The notes under the pieces: generated by a model
The model's input: the letters and a program-made list of their open reading frames with translations, nothing else
The model's database searches: none
Told to the model about the DNA's origin: nothing
Translations under genes and position numbers: made by a program
Part shown: one piece after another, positions 10,287-20,226 of the stretch
How positions within the stretch are numbered: the stretch's first letter is position 1
How the letters are laid out: each line of letters begins with the position of its first letter
Assembly (NCBI GenBank): GCA_963674945.2
Contig: CAXXWQ010000003.1
Location: 2,432,001-2,496,000 of the forward strand
Source of the DNA: an uncultured Desulfosarcina sp.
GTDB lineage: Bacteria > Desulfobacterota > Desulfobacteria > Desulfobacterales > Desulfosarcinaceae
Length of the DNA stretch: 64,000 nucleotides
Reading direction: 5' to 3'

Positions 10287-10453
10287 AGTGTTGCGGATCT
10301 CTTTAAAGCTCAAGTTGTTGGTTGAAACGGTGGCGCCGGGTTGATGAATCTGATAATTTCATCGATGCCTGTAAAATGCTGATCTTCCAGTTGTAGCTGA
10401 TACCTCTAATGCGAATTGCGTTCAACTTGGGCTTTGAAGAGATCCGCAATATT
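10287..10453 (+). repeat. 31-bp inverted repeat enclosing 105 nt (candidate structured RNA, inverton or MITE)
   Basis: Arms 10287-10317 and 10423-10453 pair at all 31 positions: 27 Watson-Crick and 4 G-U on the + strand. Confidence 0.85.
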
Positions 10454-10604
10454 TTGCTGCTATTTTCATTTTCGAGACGATCGTCCGAACGTTCCGATTT
10501 AACTTGAAGGCTTGATTTACCGATGCAAACTATGCATCATAGCAGAATATCGCTGATTTTGAGTCTCCAACTGAAACGCCATCTGAATTCAAGCTGCCGA
10601 GATT

Positions 10605-12842
10605 ATGGATTTGACCGTTGAAAAAATCATCCTTCAGTCCGCCGGTTCATTGTCCGTTGCCATCATAGCTTTTTTATTGATGGTCCTCCAACTTGTCTTT
10701 TTTTTTCGGAAACCAAGATTTCCTCTTTATTCCTGGAGTGTCGGTATCTCCTTTTCGGCCATGCTCTATGCTGTTGGAGTATTTTTTGAATATAATTTCC
10801 CACCAGGAGGGATAAACCAATTTGCCGGAAGGCTTGAATGGACAGCCATTGTTCTTTTGATTCATATTTTATACGGATTTACGTTTTCTTACTTTACCAT
10901 TGACGGAAAACGCTATCACTTGTTTGCGGGTATTTTTCACCTCATTGTTATTATATTCATCTGGTCCACTGATTTCATTGTATCGGATCAATTTGTATCA
11001 CGCCATTTCATAGGCCTGGCAAATCCTTTTATCGAACCGGATTTGGGCCCGTTGGGACCCGGTTTTGTCTTGTACGGTTTCCTGGCATGCCTGATTGCGA
11101 TTGCCATCTGGTTTCGACGGAAAGACTCCGGCGATCGATTTAAAAATCTCTTCCTTTTGGGTATTGTTTTTTGGACACTTCTTGGTATCCATGACGGCTT
11201 GGCAGCCCTTGGAATGAGAACCTGTCAGTACCTCATGGAGTATGGATTTCTTGTTCTCTCATTTTTGGTTATTTGGATCGTTTTCAGCAGATTTTATGAA
11301 ATGTTGTCCGAAGATAAATATCGCATGATTACCGAATTTATTAATGATGGTATTCTTGTCGTTCAGGACGGGGTCGTCGTTTTTGAAAATCCGGCCTGCC
11401 GTGCACTTAACGGCCAATCCGTTGTAGGTTGGACGGCCGATAACCTCTCATTAATTTTTTCAGAAGCAGATAAAGAGCAGATTTGCAAATATTACGACGC
11501 TTTGCTTCATTCCGAAGATCAAATTGACGCCATCGTGGTGAATATCAGAAAGGGCGGCAATGAAGAATCAATTGTTGAAATCAAAGCAAACGTAATTCAG
11601 TATAACTCTTCGATCGCCGTTCTGGCTGTCTTGAGAGATATAACAGAACGTATTCGCAAGGAGGAGGAACTCAAAAACAAAGAGGAAAAATTAATACGCC
11701 TGAAAAAAATGGAAGCCCTTGGATTGCTCGCGGGAGGCGTCGCACACGATCTGAACAATGTGCTTTCGGGAATTGTCAGCTATCCGGAATTAATTTTAAT
11801 GGACCTTCCTGAAGACAGCGAAATAAGGCAGATGATTTTTACGATTCAAGACTCCGGTAAGCGCGCCGCGGCCATTGTCAACGAGTTGCTGATGATCGCC
11901 AGAGGCGCATCCATTAAGAAAAAGGTGATGAATCTCAATGCTGTTATAAGCGCGTATATAAGATCTCCAGAGCATAGCAAACTACTGATGTTTCATCCAC
12001 GGGTGAAAGTAGAGACGAACCTTGAGAGACAACTGCTGAATATCGAAGGCTCCTTGATGCATTTCGACAAAATCGTCATGAATCTGGTATCCAACGCTGC
12101 GGAGGCCATCGAAGGCGATGGCAAGGTCATCATCTCAACTGCCAATCGGTACTTGGATCAAGCGTTGCACGGGTACAGCGAAATTCCCAAAGGGGAATAT
12201 GCGGTCCTGACTGTCGAAGACGATGGCCCGGGAATCGATCAGGAGGATCTATATCGGATTTTCGAACCGTTTTACACAAAAAAGGTAATGGGTAGAAGCG
12301 GTACAGGATTGGGGCTCACGTTGGTATGGAATGTTGTTCAGGACCATGGATTTCATATTGACATGATCAGTAACAAAAACGGCACCCGCTTTGATATTTA
12401 TTGCAACACTACGCGCGACAGGCCTGTGGACGAAACAAGCCCGCTTCAATTGACACACATCAGTGGCCACGGAGAACGCATACTGGTGGTTGATGATGTT
12501 AAGAGCCAGCGGGAAATCACCTGCGCCGTATTGGACAGACTCGGCTATACTTCCGAGTCAGTCTCCTGTGGTGAGGAGGCGGTTTCCTATATCGAAAAGA
12601 ATGGCGGCGTCGATCTGTTACTTATCGATATGATCATGGATCCTGGAATGAACGGACGGGAAACTTATGAGCAGATAATAAAAATCCAACCAGCCCAAAA
12701 AGCGATTATTGCGAGCGGTTTTGCCGAAACCGATGATGTCAGGCAGGTACTTGCGGCAGGAGCCGCCAAATTTATCAGGAAGCCCATCATTATCCAAGAA
12801 CTGGGAAAGGCTGTGAAGGAGACGTTATATAGCAACGAATGA
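10605..12842 (+). CDS. Hybrid sensor kinase (7TM-PAS-HisKA-HATPase-REC)
   Basis: About 7 hydrophobic segments, AHDLNN H-box, NLVSNA, GTGLGL, receiver LLIDMIM. Confidence 0.93.
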   Translation: MDLTVEKIILQSAGSLSVAIIAFLLMVLQLVFFFRKPRFPLYSWSVGISFSAMLYAVGVFFEYNFPPGGINQFAGRLEWTAIVLLIHILYGFTFSYFTIDGKRYHLFAGIFHLIVIIFIWSTDFIVSDQFVSRHFIGLANPFIEPDLGPLGPGFVLYGFLACLIAIAIWFRRKDSGDRFKNLFLLGIVFWTLLGIHDGLAALGMRTCQYLMEYGFLVLSFLVIWIVFSRFYEMLSEDKYRMITEFINDGILVVQDGVVVFENPACRALNGQSVVGWTADNLSLIFSEADKEQICKYYDALLHSEDQIDAIVVNIRKGGNEESIVEIKANVIQYNSSIAVLAVLRDITERIRKEEELKNKEEKLIRLKKMEALGLLAGGVAHDLNNVLSGIVSYPELILMDLPEDSEIRQMIFTIQDSGKRAAAIVNELLMIARGASIKKKVMNLNAVISAYIRSPEHSKLLMFHPRVKVETNLERQLLNIEGSLMHFDKIVMNLVSNAAEAIEGDGKVIISTANRYLDQALHGYSEIPKGEYAVLTVEDDGPGIDQEDLYRIFEPFYTKKVMGRSGTGLGLTLVWNVVQDHGFHIDMISNKNGTRFDIYCNTTRDRPVDETSPLQLTHISGHGERILVVDDVKSQREITCAVLDRLGYTSESVSCGEEAVSYIEKNGGVDLLLIDMIMDPGMNGRETYEQIIKIQPAQKAIIASGFAETDDVRQVLAAGAAKFIRKPIIIQELGKAVKETLYSNE

Positions 12843-12858
12843 AATCGTTGTACTGCAA

Positions 12859-13542
12859 GTGACAGACTCCCTTCCAAAATCAAACTTGAGGCTACGTATG
12901 AACAGTTGTTTCAGTAATTCCATCAGAGGACGATTCAACGCTTGGATTTTGCATGTCTCAGAGGATATGGACCATAAGACGTTCGGAAAATGGAAGCAGA
13001 AAATATTCGAAGACATTCCGGATTCGATCGTGGAGTTGGGACCTGGTACCGGTTCGAATTTTCGGTATTATCCAGGCGGATCCGTTCTGACGGCCATAGA
13101 GCCGAATCAAATGATGCTCGACCGTCTGCAAAAAAGTGCAAAACAACATGAAATTACCCTTGATCTCCGACAATCCAGGGCAGAAAAACTTGACATCGCC
13201 GATGGAAGCGCCCGAGCTGTGGTCAGTACGCAGGTATTGTGTACGGTCGATGATCTGCATCAGGCACTAAAAGAGGTTTATCGGATTCTTAAACCCGGCG
13301 GTCGTTTCTTGTTCATCGAGCATATCGCTGCACCAAAGGGGACCGTTTTGCGACGCGTGCAGGAACAAAAGCTGATTCGTCAAACCTGGCAATGGTGCAT
13401 GGAAGGATGCAGGATAAACTGTGAGACAAATTCTGCATTGGCGTCAGTTGGTTTTTCGAAGATGCAAATACAAAATTTTGAAATAAAATCAATACTTCCT
13501 ATTCCGATCCGGCACTATATCGCGGGAATTGCAACCAAGTGA
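12859..13542 (+). CDS. Class I SAM-dependent methyltransferase
   Basis: VELGPGTG, LCTVDD, RILKPGGRFLFIEH. Confidence 0.9.
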   Translation: MTDSLPKSNLRLRMNSCFSNSIRGRFNAWILHVSEDMDHKTFGKWKQKIFEDIPDSIVELGPGTGSNFRYYPGGSVLTAIEPNQMMLDRLQKSAKQHEITLDLRQSRAEKLDIADGSARAVVSTQVLCTVDDLHQALKEVYRILKPGGRFLFIEHIAAPKGTVLRRVQEQKLIRQTWQWCMEGCRINCETNSALASVGFSKMQIQNFEIKSILPIPIRHYIAGIATK

Positions 13543-13663
13543 TTCATCCGTTTGCGAGGGGACACCGAAAAGGTGTTGTTCCCGAAAACCACAAAAGGGT
13601 ATTCGTGAGCAAAAAGCCCTTTCCTGCCAACTGTCAAACCCTATGGCAAAAAAGGTGAGGTTC

Positions 13664-14254
13664 GTGAAATATCTCTGGCTTTCCGTATTTTTTGTCGTTT
13701 TCATATGGTCGGCGGTCCATCCTGCTGATTATTTCACATGGTTCCTTGAAGTCGTTCCGGCATTGGCGGGGCTTTTGGCCCTGGCGCTGACATATCGAAA
13801 ATTTCAGTTCACAACCCTTGCTTACACATTGATCCTCATCCACTGCATCATTCTGATGATCGGCGGGCATTATACCTACGCGGAGGTGCCATTTTTTAAC
13901 TGGCTGAAAGACTCTTTTGATCTTGCCCGTAACAATTACGATAAAGTGGGACATTTCGCGCAAGGGTTTATCCCTGCAATCATATCCCGGGAAATCTTTG
14001 TCCGAAGAGATGTGATCAATGGTCGCGGGTGGCTTGCTTTTTTCGTCATCTGTTTTTGTTTGGCGTTTAGTGCATTTTACGAACTCATCGAGTGGTGGGT
14101 TGCGGTTTTTACGGGAGAATCGGCTGAGGCATTTTTAGGCACCCAGGGGTATATTTGGGATACGCAATCTGATATGGCATTGGCATTCGTCGGCGCAATA
14201 TGTGCGTTGATCTTTCTTGGCAACCTGCATGACAAACAAATGCAAAGATTGTAA
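13664..14254 (+). CDS. DUF2238 (YjdF-like) membrane protein
   Basis: GGHYTYAEVP, RNNYDKVGHFAQG, YELIEW, FLGTQGYIWDTQSDM. GTG start inferred from the RBS. Confidence 0.88.
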   Translation: MKYLWLSVFFVVFIWSAVHPADYFTWFLEVVPALAGLLALALTYRKFQFTTLAYTLILIHCIILMIGGHYTYAEVPFFNWLKDSFDLARNNYDKVGHFAQGFIPAIISREIFVRRDVINGRGWLAFFVICFCLAFSAFYELIEWWVAVFTGESAEAFLGTQGYIWDTQSDMALAFVGAICALIFLGNLHDKQMQRL

Positions 14255-14274
14255 ATCTCATTTGTTCGGAGACG

Positions 14275-15267
14275 ATGGCAACGAAAAAGAACAATTTAAA
14301 AACAGGCCTGCATGTTCCCGCCCATCGCGTCTTTGCCCCCACGACAGTGAGTCCGGAGGCCCGGTCAATTCTATCGAAGCGACATGCGCCGGACGGGCCA
14401 AAACAACCTTCAGGAATAGAAGACAAGGATGCCTGGCGCGCCTACATCAAAAAAAGAAATCGTTTCCTTCGACCTCAGATGGCCATGGCCGCGCGGTTTT
14501 TCCCAGCAGAAATCATTACCCACCAACTCTCACGGACACCCCTTTACGAAATTATCCCCCGGAATCTTTCGCCGGCATATGAAGACTGTGTGATCATCTA
14601 TATTCATGGCGGCGCATTCATTCTCGGGGCGGGGTTGGCCGGTGCCTATATGGGATTTCCCCTTGCCGGTGCCGCCCAAATGCGATCCTATGCCGTCGAC
14701 TATCGCATGCCGCCGGACCATCCGTTTCCCGCAGGACTCGATGACACCATTGATGCCTACCGTATCGTACTTGAGAAATTCAATCCTGAAAAAATTGTGG
14801 TTGTCGGCAATTCGGCGGGAGGCGGCCTGGCGGCATCTTTCGTTTTGAAAGCGCGCGATATCGGTTTGCCGCTTCCCGGTCTTTGCGTGCTGGACAGTCC
14901 CGAGGCCGATCTCACGGAGTCGGGGGACACGTTCGAGACGAATATCTTCGTCGACGTCGCATTGACAGAGCGACTTACGGACAGCATCATGCTTTACGCA
15001 AATGGACATGACCTTCGGGATCCCTACCTGTCACCCTTATTCGGCGATTTTTCCAAAGGCTTTTCGCCCACCATGTTGATCTCCGGCACTCGCGATCTTT
15101 TCCTTTCGAACACGGTGATGATGCATCGCGCGCTGCTTCGTGCAGGAATCGAGGCCGAACTGCATGTTTGGGAAGCCATGCCCCATGGAGGCTTTTGGGG
15201 GGCGCCGGAGGATCGGGAGGTTCTTTGTGAGCAGGTTCGCTTCATTCAAAGACGACTGAAAAAGTAA
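14275..15267 (+). CDS. HSL-family (family IV) esterase, alpha/beta hydrolase
   Basis: HGGAF, DYRMPPDHPFPA, GNSAGG, MPHGGF. Confidence 0.9.
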   Translation: MATKKNNLKTGLHVPAHRVFAPTTVSPEARSILSKRHAPDGPKQPSGIEDKDAWRAYIKKRNRFLRPQMAMAARFFPAEIITHQLSRTPLYEIIPRNLSPAYEDCVIIYIHGGAFILGAGLAGAYMGFPLAGAAQMRSYAVDYRMPPDHPFPAGLDDTIDAYRIVLEKFNPEKIVVVGNSAGGGLAASFVLKARDIGLPLPGLCVLDSPEADLTESGDTFETNIFVDVALTERLTDSIMLYANGHDLRDPYLSPLFGDFSKGFSPTMLISGTRDLFLSNTVMMHRALLRAGIEAELHVWEAMPHGGFWGAPEDREVLCEQVRFIQRRLKK

Positions 15268-15399
15268 TCGGCAACGGTAGGACTGCCCCTGGGTGAGCGC
15301 CACCCGCCCCTTACGCTATTCTTATGAACACAGTACAACGCCATCAAAACATTGAGAATGTGATACACATCAAACATTCTGGGCGGTAAGGAGGAAAAA

Positions 15400-16287
15400 A
15401 TGATCAGACAACGTATCGGTTGGATCGGAACCGGTGTCATGGGCCAATCCATGTGTGGACATCTTTTGGATGCCGGACACCGATTGACTGTATTCAACAG
15501 GACCCGGAAAAAAGCCGGCGTTCTTTTGGACAAGGGCGCGATCTGGGCCGACTCCCCGGACAAAGTCGCCAAGGCGTCCGACATCGTCTTTACAATGGTT
15601 GGTTTTCCCGAAGACGTACAGGACGTGATTTTAGGGGAAAATGGTGTTCTTTCCGGAATGAAAACGGGTGGAGCGGTGGTGGATATGACCACCTCCTGCC
15701 CGGATCTGGCAAAAATCGTCCACGAACGATGCGCCGAAAAGGGTGTTGGTGCATTGGATGCGCCTGTATCCGGCGGTGACGTGGGAGCGCGGGAGGCGAC
15801 GCTGGCCATCATGGTGGGCGGCGAAGTTGCGGTTTTCGAGGCCATCGAACCGCTATTCACCCTTTTCGGCAAAACCATCTCGCTGATGGGAGGTCCGGGT
15901 GCCGGCCAGCATACAAAGATGACCAACCAGATCCTGATTGCCGGCACCATGATCGGCGTTGTGGAATCCCTTTTGTATGCCGAGCGTGCCGGCATGGATC
16001 CTCACCGGATCATCGATATCATTGGAAAAGGGGCGGCAAGCTCGTGGTCCATCAACACGCTGGGGCGACGCATCGCAGATGACGATTTCTCTCCGGGATT
16101 CTATATCAAGCATTTTGTCAAGGACATGAAGATCGCCTTGGAGGCCGCCCAACGCATGCGTCTATCGCTGCCCGGGCTGGCATTGGTGAACCAGCTCTAT
16201 ATATCCGCCATGGCCCTGGGGTGGGAGAATCTGGGCACACAGGGGTTGTACCGGGTCCTCAAAAAGATGAATCAATCCCATTCATAG
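15400..16287 (+). CDS. NAD(P)-dependent beta-hydroxyacid dehydrogenase (MmsB/GarR family)
   Basis: IGTGVMG, LDAPVSGGDVGA, KMTNQ, HFVKD. Confidence 0.92.
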   Translation: MIRQRIGWIGTGVMGQSMCGHLLDAGHRLTVFNRTRKKAGVLLDKGAIWADSPDKVAKASDIVFTMVGFPEDVQDVILGENGVLSGMKTGGAVVDMTTSCPDLAKIVHERCAEKGVGALDAPVSGGDVGAREATLAIMVGGEVAVFEAIEPLFTLFGKTISLMGGPGAGQHTKMTNQILIAGTMIGVVESLLYAERAGMDPHRIIDIIGKGAASSWSINTLGRRIADDDFSPGFYIKHFVKDMKIALEAAQRMRLSLPGLALVNQLYISAMALGWENLGTQGLYRVLKKMNQSHS

Positions 16288-16293
16288 TTGGAC

Positions 16294-16809
16294 TTACGGA
16301 TTCGATGCGGAAAGAACCCGATAGCGAACGCACACGGTGTCGTCATCCAGCTGCCATGTTTTTTTAAGGGAAAGATTCAGGTCTACGGCATCGCTGAAGA
16401 TCGACAACCCCGTACCGAAGGCGTACGGAGCAATGGTAAGGATCAGTTCGTCGATCAATCCTTCCCGGGCAAACAGATAGTTGATCGTTGCCCCGCCTAC
16501 CACCACCGCCTCTTTGTACCCTTGGGCTGCCAATTCTTCGATAATCCGTTCAGGAGGCGCCTTTGTAAAAACCAAATCGTCCCGGTCGGAGCGGCGGTCG
16601 GGGTTACGGGTCATCACGACGGTTTTTCGTCCGGGCAACACTCTTCCGATGGTATCGAAGGTCCTCGATCCCATAATCATTACGCCGGCTTTGCGTGTCA
16701 CTTCCACGTAAAGCTTCTTGTCGGCTTTTCCGGTCCAGTCGGGATAGTGATCTGAATCTTTGGCAATTTTTCCATCGGCGGTAATGGCAACCATCAAACT
16801 CACATGCAT
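16294..16809 (-). CDS. Dihydrofolate reductase-family protein
   Basis: TADGKIA, IMGSRTFD, LPGR, VVGGA, LIDEL. Confidence 0.85.
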   Translation of the reverse strand: MHVSLMVAITADGKIAKDSDHYPDWTGKADKKLYVEVTRKAGVMIMGSRTFDTIGRVLPGRKTVVMTRNPDRRSDRDDLVFTKAPPERIIEELAAQGYKEAVVVGGATINYLFAREGLIDELILTIAPYAFGTGLSIFSDAVDLNLSLKKTWQLDDDTVCVRYRVLSASNP

Positions 16810-17039
16810 GGCAATGTTTCCCGTATTGGTTTGAATAACAGTGTCTGCATGAACCCCATATCATACCCCCCGTGGCGGGAAATCAAAGGAAGGTTATGAC
16901 GATAATTTCCATTTATGGATGCAGGTTCATCTACCGATACATTAAATTTGATTCTGGTCAAATGGTATCGAAACGGATATAATAAAAATTTGTTTTGTAA
17001 CACGTAAGTAACCATAGGTTTATTTGAGAAAGGTTTTTC

Positions 17040-18107
17040 ATGAAAGTTGAGTGTGAAAATTGTAGCAAATCTTTTCAACTCCCGGATGACCGCCTTCCCA
17101 CCGGGAAGAAGGTCTCATTTCCATGCCCTGCGTGCAAGTCAAAAATCACATTGGATTTGCGAGAAAAACCCGCCCCGGCCGAAACGGCATTGGAAGAAAA
17201 ACCCGATTCTGCCGAAGGAAAGGTTGTCTATACCCCAATCACCGAGAAAGCATCCAAAGAACTGGAAGGAACCGATCTAAAACGGAAGATATTGAACACC
17301 ATCAAGGATCTTCCCCCGATGCCGAAGATTATTCAGAAGGCACGGGAGGTCATGGCAAACCCCAAGTCCGGCTTCAAGGAAATCGCCGAAGTGATCGAAA
17401 CGGACCAGGCCATCGCCGCCAAGGTCCTACAGGTTTCCAACTCCGCTTATTATGGACTGTCCGGCATGGTCTCTTCCATCCACCAAGCAGCCGTTGTCCT
17501 CGGCCATAAAACGCTTGAACAACTCATCACCATGGTGTCGGCAACCAGCCTTTTGGGAAGCCGCCTCAAAGGATACCGAATGGGGTCCGGCGCCCTATGG
17601 CAACATTCCTTGGCCGTCGCCCTATGTTCGCGGCAAATCGCCAGTGATCGCGCACCGGCCATGGAAAACGACGCATTTTCCGTGGGGTTGATCCACGATG
17701 CAGGGAAATTGGCATTGGACCGCTATATCCTTGAACGTGAAGCGATGGTGGATCAGGTACTGAAGGAGAATGTCACCTTTCTCGAAGTGGAAAGACAGGT
17801 GCTTGGATTCGACCACACGGAGCTGGCCTCGGACTTGTGCACAAAATGGAAATTGCCGGAAAATCATGTCAATGCAATGAGATACCATCATGAACCAAGC
17901 CTTTCGGACGGCAATCAGCTGGCTTTTATCGTTCACACGGCCAACTATATCGCCCAGCAATGCAATATCGGCACAATAAAAGCCGCCCTTCCCTATGAAC
18001 TCGATCCAAAGGCCCTGGATTTTCTGGCTTTGGATGAAGAGGATCTGGAAAATTATATCCAGTCGACGACCGAAGCCGTAGACCAGATCAGCCAGAGTAT
18101 GGCCTAA
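17040..18107 (+). CDS. Zinc-ribbon plus HDOD domain protein
   Basis: CENC...CPAC; LPPMP, VSNSAYYG, LWQHS, GLIHDAGK, GFDH, W-LP, YHH. Confidence 0.92.
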   Translation: MKVECENCSKSFQLPDDRLPTGKKVSFPCPACKSKITLDLREKPAPAETALEEKPDSAEGKVVYTPITEKASKELEGTDLKRKILNTIKDLPPMPKIIQKAREVMANPKSGFKEIAEVIETDQAIAAKVLQVSNSAYYGLSGMVSSIHQAAVVLGHKTLEQLITMVSATSLLGSRLKGYRMGSGALWQHSLAVALCSRQIASDRAPAMENDAFSVGLIHDAGKLALDRYILEREAMVDQVLKENVTFLEVERQVLGFDHTELASDLCTKWKLPENHVNAMRYHHEPSLSDGNQLAFIVHTANYIAQQCNIGTIKAALPYELDPKALDFLALDEEDLENYIQSTTEAVDQISQSMA

Positions 18108-18152
18108 ACCATCGAATACAAGGATTTTTCGTAAATCAAAGGATATGTTTGC

Positions 18153-18557
18153 ATGACCGATATGGAAAAAACGCTGACAACAGGAGAATTTTCTGAGAAA
18201 ACAGGCATTTCTACATCGACCATCACACAGATGCTCCGCGACGGTCGGATACGGGGAGAAAAACGAAGTGGGAAGTGGGCCATCCATGCCGGTGCGCTCG
18301 AAATCGTTTTGACATCATCCAAAGAAAAGACCGCGACGGCGCCAGAAAAACCGGAAGCGGTTCCCTTCCCTTCACACATTTCAAAGGGGCACTACGATGT
18401 AAAGACCTTTGCCGAAATTACCTATTTGACCGAGAAAGGTGTACGCCAATGGCTTGCATGCGGTCGTCTTTCCGGCTCAATCGACGCCGATGGCAACCAG
18501 ACGGTGGACGCCGAAAATCTGGAACGTCCTGAGTTGAGACACCTGATCCGGGATTGA
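18153..18557 (+). CDS. Protein with two excisionase-like (HTH_17) domains
   Basis: LTTGEFSEKTGISTSTITQMLRDGRIRG...KWAI and YDVKTFAEITYLTEKGVRQWLACGRLSG. Confidence 0.75.
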   Translation: MTDMEKTLTTGEFSEKTGISTSTITQMLRDGRIRGEKRSGKWAIHAGALEIVLTSSKEKTATAPEKPEAVPFPSHISKGHYDVKTFAEITYLTEKGVRQWLACGRLSGSIDADGNQTVDAENLERPELRHLIRD

Positions 18558-18582
18558 TACGTCACTGACGCCAAAAACAGAA

Positions 18583-18616
18583 AAGCCCCCATGTCGTACA
18601 GTAACCATGGGGGCTT
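18583..18616 (-). terminator. Intrinsic terminator between convergent genes
   Basis: 11-bp stem AAGCCCCCATG/CATGGGGGCTT with a U-rich tail on the minus strand. Confidence 0.75.
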
Positions 18617-18632
18617 GAAATAAAGTATCGGA

Positions 18633-18968
18633 CTACAGAAGCGGACTCTCACCCACGGGTTGCGGCGAAATCTTTTCCTTTGTGTGAGATTGCAGCTTTT
18701 CCTTGTTTTTGATCAGTTGTTTCTTGGCCTTATCCACCACCAGGTCGATGGCCTCGTTCCACGCGCTGCTCTCTTCTTTGGCATGGACTTCATATCCCTT
18801 TCCTTTTAGATTCACATCCACGATCTTTCTGAGCTTTTCCTCCTGGAACACAACATCGGCGGTTCCGGGATGAGGCATGATTTTTTCCAGGCGTACGAGT
18901 TTTTCTTCAAGGTAGGATTTGAGGTAGTCTGAGGAGTCAACATTCTTAAAGGTAACCAGGATTTGCAT
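18633..18968 (-). CDS. hpf: Ribosome hibernation promoting factor (short HPF/RaiA)
   Basis: MQILVTFKNVDSSDYLKSYLEEKL...AIDLVVDKAKKQLIKNKEK; AGGAGG RBS. Confidence 0.85.
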   Translation of the reverse strand: MQILVTFKNVDSSDYLKSYLEEKLVRLEKIMPHPGTADVVFQEEKLRKIVDVNLKGKGYEVHAKEESSAWNEAIDLVVDKAKKQLIKNKEKLQSHTKEKISPQPVGESPLL

Positions 18969-19015
18969 AGTATTTGCCTCCTTTCGCGGTCGTCCGGTCG
19001 TATGACCGCAAATGA

Positions 19016-19031
19016 TGCATACCCCTTGCCA
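19016..19031 (-). promoter_or_regulatory. Sigma54 -24/-12 promoter upstream of hpf
   Basis: TGGCAAGGGGTATGCA (GG-N10-GC). Confidence 0.6.
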
Positions 19032-19076
19032 CAATAGACCGAAGGGGAGTTGTATGTTTGGTTACTGTCAATTGTA

Positions 19077-19973
19077 TCACCCGCCGATGGCTGAAACAAT
19101 TAATTCCTTCGCTTTTTTCAGTAGATTTTTTTTAAATTGTATTTTCAGGTACAGGTCTCCGGAAGGACCGCCATTTTTCCCTTCCATACCCATTTTGGAA
19201 AGACGAATTTGTTGTCCTTCCCGTGTCCCGGAAGGAATGGTTACCACAAGTTTTTTAGACCGTTTTCGATGGCGGTACGCATACGGCCCGCCGGCAGCGG
19301 CAAACTCGGGTGTAAGATGGATGGTGTCGTGAATATCCTCTCCTCTATGGGGAAGGCTGTGGCCGATCACTTTGTTAAACAGGTATTTTGCGAAATTTCC
19401 CATCCCGGCTTGCGGACCTTGTGAAATGGACTTCTCCCCAAAATTTTCAAAGATGCCGCCTCCCATTTTACGACGACCTTTCCCGCCACGGCCCAATTTA
19501 CTTCGCCCGGGTCCGCCATGCCCAAGTCCACCGCGCCCAAATCCACCACGATAGACAAACCCCTTCCCGTGGAGGCCATTGGACTTGAAGGCAAAATGTT
19601 TGTATCCTTTTCCATAAAAATCTCCGAAGATGGCGTCTACTCCCCTGAGTCCGAATGAGCGTGCCATCTCTTCGAAAATCTGATGCACATCCGATCCTTT
19701 GAAAATATCCTGCTCCGTATACGTGTCCCGGAACTGACCATATGCGTTTTCTCCGAATCGACTTCGCATTTCGTCGTAGTCTCTTCTTTTGTTTTCATCG
19801 GAAAGCACGGCATAGGCCTCGTTGACCTGTTTCATCATCTCGGCAGAGGATGGGTCCTTCTCGTTGCGGTCCGGATGATAACGGAAGGCCAATGCGCGAT
19901 ATGCCTCTTTGATCGTCTTTGCATCCGCCGTTCGATCCACACCCAGTACATGATAGTAATCCTGTTGTGTCAT
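19077..19973 (-). CDS. DnaJ/CbpA-like protein without a zinc finger
   Basis: [11 protein letters not shown] motif, C-terminal [17 protein letters not shown]...GDLYL. Confidence 0.9.
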   Translation of the reverse strand: MTQQDYYHVLGVDRTADAKTIKEAYRALAFRYHPDRNEKDPSSAEMMKQVNEAYAVLSDENKRRDYDEMRSRFGENAYGQFRDTYTEQDIFKGSDVHQIFEEMARSFGLRGVDAIFGDFYGKGYKHFAFKSNGLHGKGFVYRGGFGRGGLGHGGPGRSKLGRGGKGRRKMGGGIFENFGEKSISQGPQAGMGNFAKYLFNKVIGHSLPHRGEDIHDTIHLTPEFAAAGGPYAYRHRKRSKKLVVTIPSGTREGQQIRLSKMGMEGKNGGPSGDLYLKIQFKKNLLKKAKELIVSAIGG

Positions 19974-20226
19974 CTGGTTCCAATTTCCTTTGCATTCTTG
20001 ATTTTGCCACCCCAAAATGATTTGCTTTGTATAGCGAATATAGTCATTGTGCAGGGGTTTGGCGATCAAAAAAATCAGAAAGGTATCAACCCATCGCCCG
20101 GAATTTTCATTCGAAACGGGGCCTATCTTTCCCATCTCTTTCGTCAAGCCACCGTTTCAACTGCCGATAATAAACAACGGATCGCATTGATTTTGCAGGT
20201 GCTAACCTCATGGCAAGGATTGAAAA

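Noticed and set aside
10287..10453. Retron msr-msd or 6S RNA
   Set aside because: No reverse transcriptase nearby, and the uninterrupted 31-bp stem with a branched interior does not obviously fit 6S. Kept as an unassigned element.
10698..10706. T9 tract as a phase-variation switch
   Set aside because: In frame (Phe-Phe-Phe), and similar 8-9 nt A/T runs occur elsewhere in the window.
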